From: an uncultured Blautia sp.
GTDB lineage: Bacteria; Bacillota; Clostridia; Lachnospirales; Lachnospiraceae
Length of the DNA stretch: 64,000 nucleotides
Assembly (NCBI GenBank): GCA_900540785.1
Contig: UQHF01000001.1
Location: 12,464 to 76,463, forward strand
Direction of reading: 5' to 3'
The notes under the pieces were generated by a model that saw only the letters and a list, made by a program, of their open reading frames with translations, did not search any database and had not been told where the DNA came from. The translations under genes and the position numbers were made by a program. Each line of letters begins with the position of its first letter. The stretch's first letter is position 1. Of this stretch, positions 1 through 8,347 are shown piece by piece.

Positions 1-50
1 AATCCCCTGCACAGCAGCTTTCGTAACTGCCATGACAGGGGATTTTCTAT
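1..50. terminator. Inverted repeat AATCCCCTG(N27)CAGGGGATT followed by TTTTCT; a terminator-like hairpin downstream of xylB at the window edge
   Basis: Perfect 9 bp inverted repeat with a T-run, read directly from the sequence. It sits downstream of the minus-strand xylB stop. The edge of the window limits interpretation. Confidence 0.35.
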
Positions 51-63
51 CTCTCATTCAAAT

Positions 64-1521
64 TTAAAACAATTCTTTCATTCCAGGATACAGTTTCCTG
101 AATTTCTGATATTTTTCTTCATATTTTGCAACAAGCTCCGGTTCCGGTTCTACCGTATCCACCACTTTTGCAAACTTCTTTCCGATGGTTTCCACGTCAG
201 GATAAGCGCCGCAGCCCACTGCTGCCAGCATAGCTCCTCCCATAGATGGCCCTTCTTCGTTTTCCAAAACGTCTACTTTTAAATTCATTACATTGGCAAT
301 GATTTTTTTCCAGAGAGGGCTTTTTGCACCGCCGCCGCAGATTTTTGTGCGCTCAATCTTAATTCCAAGACTTCTTGCCACCTCGAGGGAATCGCGAAGT
401 CCAAAAGCAACACCTTCCAAAACTGCCTGAGTCATATCTGCCCTTGTGGTATCCATTGACATTCCAAAGAATACGCCTCTTGCGTCCGGATTGTTGTGAG
501 GAGAACGCTCTCCCATAAGATACGGCAGGAAAAATACATGATTTTCGCCAAGCTTTGTAATTCCTGCCTGCTCTTTTGCGAAATCCTTTGTTCCCAGAAT
601 TTCCTCTGCCCACCATTTATTACAGGAGGCAGCGCTTAACATACAGCCCATAAGATGATAGCTTCCGTCCGCATGGTCAAAAGAATGAAGCGCGTTATTT
701 TCATCTACGCCAAATTCTTTACTGGAAATAAAGATCGTTCCCGATGTCCCAAGGGAAATATTACACTGTCCGTCTCCTACAGTCCCCGTTCCTACAGCTG
801 CAGCCGCATTGTCTCCGGCTCCTGCAACCACCTTCACATCAGCAGGGAAACCAAGCTCCTGTGCAATTTCCGGCTTTAAGGTTCCCACAACCTGCCAGCT
901 TTCATAAAGCTTCGGAAGCTGTTCTTCTCTCACATGACAGATTTCCAGCATTTCCTTTGACCAGCAGCGATTCTTCACATCAAGAAGAAGCATACCGGAA
1001 GCATCGGAAACATCTGTGCAGAAAGAACCGGAAAGACGATACGCAAGGTAATCCTTTGGAAGCATGATCTTCTGGATCCGGGCAAAATTTTCCGGCTCAT
1101 GTTTCTCCATCCACAGGATCTTCGGCGCAGTAAATCCGGCAAAGGCGATATTCGCAGTATATGCGGAAAGCTTGTCTTTTCCGATCACCTGATTCAGATA
1201 TTCCGTCTCTTCTCCTGTACGTCCGTCATTCCAGAGGATGGCAGGACGAATGACTTCGTCCTTTTCATCCAGAGTTACAAGACCGTGCATCTGTCCTCCG
1301 AAACCAATCCCCGCAACTTTTTCTTTATCAATGTCCTTTGTAAGCTCTTTCATTCCCTCCATACTCTGTGTGAACCAGTCCTCGGGATTCTGTTCTGACC
1401 AGCCCGGTTTCGGGAAAAAGAGCGGATACTCTTTTGAAACAATATTACAGATTTTTCCGGACTCCTCCATAAGAAGCAGCTTCACTGCAGAAGTCCCCAA
1501 ATCAATCCCTATATAATACAT
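64..1521 (-). CDS. xylB: Xylulokinase (FGGY carbohydrate kinase family)
   Basis: 485 aa. It carries conserved XylB signatures: N-terminal GIDLGTS, ILWNDGR, FTAPKILW, HEPE, LPKDYL, AGAGDNAAAAVG, LPYLMGERSPHNNP, GVFFG and AVLEGVAFG. Confidence 0.9.
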   Translation of the reverse strand: MYYIGIDLGTSAVKLLLMEESGKICNIVSKEYPLFFPKPGWSEQNPEDWFTQSMEGMKELTKDIDKEKVAGIGFGGQMHGLVTLDEKDEVIRPAILWNDGRTGEETEYLNQVIGKDKLSAYTANIAFAGFTAPKILWMEKHEPENFARIQKIMLPKDYLAYRLSGSFCTDVSDASGMLLLDVKNRCWSKEMLEICHVREEQLPKLYESWQVVGTLKPEIAQELGFPADVKVVAGAGDNAAAAVGTGTVGDGQCNISLGTSGTIFISSKEFGVDENNALHSFDHADGSYHLMGCMLSAASCNKWWAEEILGTKDFAKEQAGITKLGENHVFFLPYLMGERSPHNNPDARGVFFGMSMDTTRADMTQAVLEGVAFGLRDSLEVARSLGIKIERTKICGGGAKSPLWKKIIANVMNLKVDVLENEEGPSMGGAMLAAVGCGAYPDVETIGKKFAKVVDTVEPEPELVAKYEEKYQKFRKLYPGMKELF

Positions 1522-1533
1522 AGACTCACCTCA

Positions 1534-3018
1534 TTAGCCCCACGGATTCTCTGTTGGATAGCGAACGCCTGCCGGCTGATTATATCCGATTTCTTCTACC
1601 GGAACACCGATGTATTTGAACACCTCGAAAAGCTGTTTTCCAAAGTGACCGAATGCAACTGCTCCGTGATGCGGGTAATTTTTCTCGATCAGCACATGGC
1701 GGTAGAAACGTCCCATTTCCGGAATTGCAAAGATTCCGATAGAACCAAAGGAACGTGTTGCAACAGGAAGCACCTCGCCCTGTGCAATATAAGCGCGAAG
1801 CTTATTGTCGGCTGTGCTCTGCAGGCGGTAGAATGTAATATCTCCAGGAACAATATCGCCTTCCAGAGTTCCCTGTGTCACTTCTTCCGGAAGTGTTCTT
1901 GCCATGATCATCTGGTATTTCATCTCACAGAAAGAAAGTTTTCCTGATGCTGTATTTCCGCAGTGGAAGCCCATGAAGGTATCTTTCTGTGTGTAATTGA
2001 ATTTATCTTTAATATCGCTCTCGTACATATCTTTCGGTACGGAGTTGTTAATATCAAGAAGAGTAACGGTATCATTGCTTACTACTGTTCCGATAAACTC
2101 GCTTAATGCGCCGTAAATATCAACTTCACAGGATACAGGGATTCCCTGTGCTGCAAGACGGCTGTTTACATAGCATGGAACAAAGCCAAACTGTGTCTGG
2201 AATGCAGGCCAGCATTTTCCGGCGATCGCCACATATTTGCGGTATCCTCTGTGCTCTTCTACCCAGTCTTTTAAAGTAAGCTCATACTGAGCAAGCTTTG
2301 AAAGGATTTCCGGTTTTTTATTTCCTGCACCAAGCTCTTCTTCCATTTCTTTTACGATCGCAGGGATTCTCTCATCTCCCGCGTGTTTGTTAAATGCTTC
2401 GAAAAGGTCAAGCTCGGAGTTTTCCTCGATTTCCACGCCAATGTTGTAAAGCTGCTGGATCGGAGCATTACATGCAAGGAAATTTAACGGGCGCGGTCCA
2501 AAGCTTATGATCTTCAGGTTATTTAATCCTTCGATTGCCTTTGCGATCGGAACAAATTCGTGGATCATATCTGCACATTCCTCTGCATCTCCCACAGGAT
2601 ATTCCGGAATATATGCCTTTACGCCGCGAAGCTTTAAGTTGTAGCTTGCATTTAACATACCGCAGTATGCGTCGCCGCGTCCCTGTACAAGGTTGTCTCC
2701 TGATTCCTCTGCTGCTGCAAGGAACATTTTCGGTCCGTCAAAATGCTTTGCAAGAAGTGTCTCGGAAATTTCCGGTCCGAAGTTTCCAAGATAAACGGCA
2801 AGTGCGTTGCATCCTGCTTTTTTAATGTCCTCAAGAGCCTGCACCATATGGATTTCACTTTCTACAATACAGATTGGACATTCATAAATTTCCTCTGCGT
2901 CATATTTCTTTGTGTAAGCCTCCACAAGCGCTTTTCTTCTGTTTACGGAAAGACTTTCCGGGAAACAGTCACGGCTTACTGCTACGATTCCGATTTTTAC
3001 TTTTGGCATATTGTTCAT
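1534..3018 (-). CDS. L-fucose isomerase / L-arabinose isomerase superfamily sugar isomerase (substrate unknown)
   Basis: 494 aa, the right size and composition for the FucI/AraA-like family. It lies in an operon immediately upstream of xylB, with a 12 bp intergenic gap. It is not the TIM-barrel XylA. Confidence 0.55.
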   Translation of the reverse strand: MNNMPKVKIGIVAVSRDCFPESLSVNRRKALVEAYTKKYDAEEIYECPICIVESEIHMVQALEDIKKAGCNALAVYLGNFGPEISETLLAKHFDGPKMFLAAAEESGDNLVQGRGDAYCGMLNASYNLKLRGVKAYIPEYPVGDAEECADMIHEFVPIAKAIEGLNNLKIISFGPRPLNFLACNAPIQQLYNIGVEIEENSELDLFEAFNKHAGDERIPAIVKEMEEELGAGNKKPEILSKLAQYELTLKDWVEEHRGYRKYVAIAGKCWPAFQTQFGFVPCYVNSRLAAQGIPVSCEVDIYGALSEFIGTVVSNDTVTLLDINNSVPKDMYESDIKDKFNYTQKDTFMGFHCGNTASGKLSFCEMKYQMIMARTLPEEVTQGTLEGDIVPGDITFYRLQSTADNKLRAYIAQGEVLPVATRSFGSIGIFAIPEMGRFYRHVLIEKNYPHHGAVAFGHFGKQLFEVFKYIGVPVEEIGYNQPAGVRYPTENPWG

Positions 3019-3039
3019 GATTCATTTCTCCTTTTATAG

Positions 3040-3657
3040 TTATGATAACGTAATATTTTCACCCTTCAGTCCGTTGAAAGCACCCTCTATGGCAGCTTCC
3101 TCATGACTGATGAGCCATTTGTTTTTTGCAGTCATAAGCTTTTCCTCTCCTGTCTCTTTTACAGGGAAGGTAAGCTCTGTATTTGTCCCTTTGGGAAGAA
3201 CGACAACACACTGGAAGCCGCTGTTTTCCGTATTGCACGGCGCATAGTGAAGCGTTGTTCCGTAAACCTCAATTCCGGTTCCTGCCGGCACAAGAAACGC
3301 TTCTATTTTAGAAGTGTCGTATGTAAAATCTTCCTCAATATCCTGCTGACAGCCTAAAAGAAGAACAAGATCTGTCACTGCCACATTGATCTCTGAATTT
3401 CTGTGATACTCCACTGCATTTAACTTTTTATTATGTCCATTGCAGTATCCAATCTGGATTGGCAGACCGCCAAACCCTTTGTTCTGCAGTTCTTTTGCCA
3501 CTTCCAGAGATTCCATTTCCTCACAGGAAGGAACGTACACAACATCCTCTGGAACAGGTGTGTGGCGCATTGCCCTTAACAGAGCGGAAAAATCATACCC
3601 TTCCAGCACCTTTCCGTATTTACGAAAATCTGCATCCAATACACTTTTAATTTCCAC
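3040..3657 (-). CDS. Small conserved hypothetical protein, probably DUF4867 family, which often accompanies FucI-family isomerases
   Basis: 205 aa. It is in the same operon orientation as the isomerase and xylB. An AGGAGGA ribosome-binding site lies upstream of its ATG at 3657. Confidence 0.4.
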   Translation of the reverse strand: MEIKSVLDADFRKYGKVLEGYDFSALLRAMRHTPVPEDVVYVPSCEEMESLEVAKELQNKGFGGLPIQIGYCNGHNKKLNAVEYHRNSEINVAVTDLVLLLGCQQDIEEDFTYDTSKIEAFLVPAGTGIEVYGTTLHYAPCNTENSGFQCVVVLPKGTNTELTFPVKETGEEKLMTAKNKWLISHEEAAIEGAFNGLKGENITLS

Positions 3658-3693
3658 GATTCTCCTCCTTAATTTTCTTCTCTGATTAAGATA

Positions 3694-3726
3694 AAAAAAG
3701 TATACCGTATTGTGGTATACTTTTCG
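3694..3726. terminator. Perfect hairpin AAAAGTATACC-gtattgt-GGTATACTTTT, a bidirectional terminator or attenuator between araC-like gene and the sugar operon
   Basis: 11-12 bp perfect inverted repeat flanked by an A-run and a T-run. It lies about 40 nt downstream of the AraC stop and about 40 nt upstream of the DUF4867 start. Confidence 0.55.
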
Positions 3727-3765
3727 CCGCTTTTCTTGTCTCTTATAGTGCTATTTTTTGACTTT

Positions 3766-4593
3766 TTATTTTTTCTCCCGTTCTTTGATAAGCTCGCTTG
3801 GAAGGATTCCATATCGTTTCCGAAAGTCCCTTGCAAAGCCTCTGCTGCTGCAAAATCCGTTCTCAAGGGCAATGGTGCTTATGGTGTGGTCCGTATTCAT
3901 AAGCTCCCTGTAAGCATACGCCATACGAATATCCTGCAGATACGTCTTAAAATTTACTTTTGCATATTTTCGGAACATTCTGGAAAGATATGCCTCAGAA
4001 TATCCGAACATTGCCGCCAGCTCCGAAAGCTTTAAATCCTCTTTGTAATGTTCCCTCATGTATGTGGTAATTTTTGACAAAGCGTCAAGCCTTCTGCTGT
4101 ATCGCACCTCTCGCTCCCCAACCTCTGTAATGCGATAGGCGCTCACAAGAAGATACATGATCTCATTATAGACTGCCTTTATCTTAAACGGACATCCAAT
4201 TTCCTGCTTTTTGTTGACTTCATACAGTTCCCGAATACGCCCTGCCAGTTCTTTATTTTTCGGGTGTCCGGTGCTTGCAAACCGGATAAAGCGCTCTGCT
4301 GTAAAATAATCCTCAAACTGCTTCAGGGGAATCTGAAGAACAACCGTCTGATTTTTTTCAGGGGCATGGATTGAATGAATCTCATTGGAATTAATGATGA
4401 TCAGCTCCCCTGCCTTCAGTGGATATTCCTCCTCATTCAGAAAAAAACTTAATTTTCCGTCCATAACTGCAAAAATCTCAACCGAAGTATGCCAGTGTTT
4501 TTCTCTTACATAATTCCCGCTTCCGCCTTCGAACAGGAAAAGCTTAAAGGGCAGCCCTTCATTTGGGATAATAAGTTCATGCTGAAATTCCAT
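3766..4593 (-). CDS. AraC family transcriptional regulator (cupin sensor domain plus C-terminal AraC HTH)
   Basis: 275 aa. The C-terminus has the typical AraC helix-turn-helix pattern (EAYLSRMFRKYAKVNFKTYLQDIRMAYAYRELMNTDHTISTIALENGFCSSRGFARDFRKRYGILPSE). The N-terminus is cupin-like. Confidence 0.85.
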   Translation of the reverse strand: MEFQHELIIPNEGLPFKLFLFEGGSGNYVREKHWHTSVEIFAVMDGKLSFFLNEEEYPLKAGELIIINSNEIHSIHAPEKNQTVVLQIPLKQFEDYFTAERFIRFASTGHPKNKELAGRIRELYEVNKKQEIGCPFKIKAVYNEIMYLLVSAYRITEVGEREVRYSRRLDALSKITTYMREHYKEDLKLSELAAMFGYSEAYLSRMFRKYAKVNFKTYLQDIRMAYAYRELMNTDHTISTIALENGFCSSRGFARDFRKRYGILPSELIKEREKK

Positions 4594-4632
4594 AATCGCC
4601 TCCTGAAAAACAATATTTTTCCACAGAATATT

Positions 4633-6345
4633 TTACCTGTTTCCTTTTATAGCTTCCACATAAACCCTGATGATGGTACTTCCTTTTCTAATATGAAATC
4701 TGATATACGGAAGTAATGTTTTTGGATAAATCAGATTTGTATTTGCTTCACAATCAATGATGTCTCCAATTCCTTCTCCTTCTAATACTTCTATTTTACT
4801 GATTCCATATTCGTTTTCCACACAGGCAATACCGTTTCTCTTTTCGTGTTCTTTTCCATAATCATTTCCCGGTATAGAAAAACCGCACTCTACTGCATCA
4901 ATATCACAATCTGACATAATTTTATGTTTCCTGATATGCCCCTGTCCGCAAGGCTGCAAAACGGTTTCCACGGAAATGCCTGACATAGGACTCCATTTTG
5001 AATAAATACTGTCTTCTCTTATTTCAACTTTTTCACATTTCCTTCGTACATAGTACATATTGTCTTTTTCGAATGCCAGCATATTATCCGGCACTGCTTT
5101 TTCAAGCAGATAATATGATTTCGGTACTGAAAATCCAAAATATGTAGAATATGCAAATTTTTCATATTTTTCTGCCGCATGATTCGGCTGAAAACCAACA
5201 TACTGTCCTGATGTCAAAGCAATTACGTGATTCTTTTCTACTCTTTGCATGATCATTTTGGGGTGTTTTAAAACCTTGATTCTGTCAAGCTCCGGTAATG
5301 GTTCTTCTTTTACTTTCCAGAATGGCGATGTATCCTCAACCGCCAGTACAATAAAACTTTTCAGTGCCCAATATGGAGAACCAGGTCCGTTATATCCCTC
5401 CGCCATATTTAAGTTCGGATAAGCATATCCGATCGTCAATAAGCCTTCTTTATCAAAAACAGGTTTTTCCCACCAGCTGCGCATATGTCGATTTACAATA
5501 CCTTTCATAATCCCATAGGAAAATACCTCTACCTCTGCAAAAGCCGCAGCAGCAAAAAAGGCACATTGTGCAAAACGGTAAGTCAGAGAGCGACCAAATG
5601 GCAGCGCTTCTCCGTTCTCAGCAAACCAGTATATAAAATCTTCGGCAAACCTTTTGGCTCTTTTTTCAAATTTCCGGCTTCGTTCTGCATCTTTCTCTCT
5701 CATGACCTTTACATAAATAAGAGAATAAAAATGCATTGCAAAAGAAATATAATAATCTCTCTGTTCCGTTTTTCCATCAGAGTACCAGCCATCTCCAAGA
5801 TAACACTCTTCGATTATATCCAGAGCGGCATCTATGGCTTCCTGACTGTATCTTGCTCCCACATGTTTTAATCCAAGATTCACAAGTACGCCGAAAAACT
5901 GCCAGTTATTTTTTGAATAGGAATACTCATTAATCTGAAAAAGCCATTCGGCAAAATTTTTCTTTGTTTCTTCTGATAACGGTTCCCAGATTTTTTCCGG
6001 AACCAGCAGAAGTCCCAACCCCATCGCAGCCATTTCCACAAATGCCTGATGTCCGTCAAACAAATCCCCCCAGTATTCAGGATTGGTTTTATCTGTTCCA
6101 CTGGCAATTCCTTTCTGGTATATTTCCAGAAAATCCGTTCTGATACTTCCTTTCCACAGCGGTACTAAGCCCCATAAAATTCTTGCAAATCCTTCCAGGT
6201 CAAGTGTTCTGTCGTCGTAATGCGTTTTCGTTTCTCCCAGATGCAGCAAGGCATTTCCATCGGAATAATATTTTTTTAAAGGTTCACAAATTTCCAGTAA
6301 ACTGTTTATATAATCCTGCTTTGTTTCAAATCTCCTATATTTCAT
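4633..6345 (-). CDS. DUF2264-type protein (putative glycoside-hydrolase-like accessory enzyme usually paired with GH88/GH105)
   Basis: 570 aa. It lies immediately upstream of, and co-oriented with, the GH88 gene, with a 12 bp gap. The family assignment is from memory of the DUF2264 architecture and is not searched. Confidence 0.45.
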   Translation of the reverse strand: MKYRRFETKQDYINSLLEICEPLKKYYSDGNALLHLGETKTHYDDRTLDLEGFARILWGLVPLWKGSIRTDFLEIYQKGIASGTDKTNPEYWGDLFDGHQAFVEMAAMGLGLLLVPEKIWEPLSEETKKNFAEWLFQINEYSYSKNNWQFFGVLVNLGLKHVGARYSQEAIDAALDIIEECYLGDGWYSDGKTEQRDYYISFAMHFYSLIYVKVMREKDAERSRKFEKRAKRFAEDFIYWFAENGEALPFGRSLTYRFAQCAFFAAAAFAEVEVFSYGIMKGIVNRHMRSWWEKPVFDKEGLLTIGYAYPNLNMAEGYNGPGSPYWALKSFIVLAVEDTSPFWKVKEEPLPELDRIKVLKHPKMIMQRVEKNHVIALTSGQYVGFQPNHAAEKYEKFAYSTYFGFSVPKSYYLLEKAVPDNMLAFEKDNMYYVRRKCEKVEIREDSIYSKWSPMSGISVETVLQPCGQGHIRKHKIMSDCDIDAVECGFSIPGNDYGKEHEKRNGIACVENEYGISKIEVLEGEGIGDIIDCEANTNLIYPKTLLPYIRFHIRKGSTIIRVYVEAIKGNR

Positions 6346-6356
6346 ATGATTCCTTT

Positions 6357-7511
6357 CTACCAGACACGGAATTCATTTCCCCGCAATTTGTATAATGCCT
6401 CTATAAAATAATAATCTCCGTATATAATCGGTATATGTCTTCCTTTTTTGTCATGATACCGCTCCGTTCCCATCTGCAAAATGGAATCCTCTTCTAAATC
6501 CCAGTTACAGAATTTATCTTCCAGAGCCTTTAGCAGATGAACTGCCGCCCTCAGATAAGTTTCCTGCTCCTCTTCGGTCACAGCTTTCGCTAATTCCAGA
6601 AGCCCGCTGGCTGCAATGGCTCCGGCCGTGCTGTCATAAATAACAGGTTCTGCCGGACTTCGAAAATCACATCTTGGCAGGTAGTCTTCACAAACACTGG
6701 ATATAAAATAATGCGCAATCCTCTTTGCCGTCTCCAGATATTCTTTTTTCTGCGTATATAGATAACTCACAGTAAAACCATACAATCCCCATGCCTGCCC
6801 TCTGCTCCATGAAGATCCGACGCCATACCCCTGACCTCCGATTTCCTGTATTTCTTCTCCTGTTTCCGGATCATATTCCACAATGTGTTTTACACTTCCA
6901 TCAGCCCTTACATGATGCTTCATCGTCTTATCTGCATGACTCATTGCAATATATCGATAACGTGGATCGTTCTTCTCCTCGGAAGCCCAATACAAGAGCG
7001 GAATATTCATCATGCAGTCAATAATTGCCCAACCCACATAATCAGAATTCCATGCACGGATATAACCTCCCTTCAGGTTATATCTGGCGGCTAATATATC
7101 TGCCGCCAGCAAAGTACGTACTTTTGATTTCTGATTTCCTGTTACCCGGTAATTCACCCCGCTGGTAATATGGTACATAAACCCTACATCATGATGCAGC
7201 CCCTCATATTCCATTAAGGCTTCCTTCAATATTTCTTCGCTTTCTTCTGCAGTTGCTTTGTAAACCTCATTTTTCGTATCCAGATACATGAGCCACATTA
7301 AGCCGCCCCAAAAGCCGTTTGTCCACCAGGAAATATCTTTTTCTGCAAAATTATCGTGAACCCCGTCGATTGTAGTATAAGGCAGCTTAAATCTTGAACG
7401 TGCTGCTACTGTCTGTAATTTGGTGTCTACTTTTTTCCATATGGTATCTGCCCATTCCTGATATTCTTTTATCAAATCCGTCCCTCCTGCTTTAGACAGT
7501 GACAAAAACAT
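6357..7511 (-). CDS. Glycoside hydrolase family 88 unsaturated glucuronyl hydrolase (or related GH105)
   Basis: 384 aa. It has a WWTNGFWGG motif and an overall alpha6/alpha6-barrel GH88-like sequence (DVGFMYH, SRGQAWG). Confidence 0.7.
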   Translation of the reverse strand: MFLSLSKAGGTDLIKEYQEWADTIWKKVDTKLQTVAARSRFKLPYTTIDGVHDNFAEKDISWWTNGFWGGLMWLMYLDTKNEVYKATAEESEEILKEALMEYEGLHHDVGFMYHITSGVNYRVTGNQKSKVRTLLAADILAARYNLKGGYIRAWNSDYVGWAIIDCMMNIPLLYWASEEKNDPRYRYIAMSHADKTMKHHVRADGSVKHIVEYDPETGEEIQEIGGQGYGVGSSWSRGQAWGLYGFTVSYLYTQKKEYLETAKRIAHYFISSVCEDYLPRCDFRSPAEPVIYDSTAGAIAASGLLELAKAVTEEEQETYLRAAVHLLKALEDKFCNWDLEEDSILQMGTERYHDKKGRHIPIIYGDYYFIEALYKLRGNEFRVW

Positions 7512-7522
7512 CTGATTTTGTC
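7497..7522. promoter_or_regulatory. Perfect 9 bp inverted repeat GTGACAAAA-N8-TTTTGTCAC straddling the GH88 start codon
   Basis: Read directly from the sequence. In the minus-sense mRNA the start codon AUG lies in the 8-nt loop of this hairpin, with GAGGA just 5-prime of the stem. It could equally be a DNA operator. Confidence 0.4.
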
Positions 7523-7673
7523 ACAAAATTCCTCAAATATATCTGTAAATATTATATAATATCACCTTTCCATTGTTCAATATTTTTCTCCCATTTTACA
7601 ATCCTATCCGTTTTTATTTTCTAATTGCGGCATTCGTCACAATCTCCTTCTTTCGCCTTTATAGCATAAAATG

Positions 7674-7702
7674 TTGACTTTTTTAAACTGTCTTTATATA
7701 AT
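7674..7702 (+). promoter_or_regulatory. Consensus sigma-A promoter TTGACT-17-TATAAT driving the DUF2284/MATE genes
   Basis: Exact hexamers with a 17 bp spacer, about 50 bp upstream of the 7754 ATG, read directly from the sequence. Confidence 0.6.
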
Positions 7703-7753
7703 GACTTTGCTTTTCAATATTATATCTTTTGGTCCGACAGGAAAGGAAAAACT

Positions 7754-8317
7754 ATGTCAAATATCAGCTATCAAACCACACGCCACACTGCCTCTGTCCC
7801 TGTATCTGAATATGTAGACGGATTTGTAGATGTGGAAACATTTCTGGAAGCCTGCAGAGCTTGTCCCAATTATGACAAGCGATGGTCCTGCCCTTCCTAT
7901 GATTTTCATGTACTGGATTTCTGGAAAAAATATAAAACTTTAAATCTTCTTGCTTCAAAGATTACTTTTTCAGAGAAAGCCCTGAACAAAACTTACACCC
8001 GTGAGGAGATAAACCATATTCTGGACGAAGTTCTGATAAAAGAAAAAGAACGGCTTTCTCTTGAGCTTTTTAAGGAAGAGGAAAAATACCCCGGAAGCAT
8101 CAGTCTTTCCGCCGGAAGCTGCACAAGATGTACCGTCTGCTCCCGAGAAAAGGGAGAACCCTGTCTTTTCCCGGATAAAATGCGCTATTCCATTGAATCT
8201 CTCGGAGGAAATGTGGGTCTTACTATAGAAAAACTTATGGGTCTTCATCTGGAATGGCTGGAGGAAGGACGTCTTCCCCATCACTTTGTCCTTGTATGCG
8301 GACTTCTTATTCCATAA
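7754..8317 (+). CDS. DUF2284-type predicted metal-binding protein (Cys-rich: CRACPNYD...WSCP, CTRCTVC)
   Basis: 187 aa with two cysteine clusters. A ribosome-binding site GGAAAGGAAAAA lies upstream. Confidence 0.5.
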   Translation: MSNISYQTTRHTASVPVSEYVDGFVDVETFLEACRACPNYDKRWSCPSYDFHVLDFWKKYKTLNLLASKITFSEKALNKTYTREEINHILDEVLIKEKERLSLELFKEEEKYPGSISLSAGSCTRCTVCSREKGEPCLFPDKMRYSIESLGGNVGLTIEKLMGLHLEWLEEGRLPHHFVLVCGLLIP

Positions 8318-8347
8318 ATGAAAACTACAGATATTTGAGGTGATACT

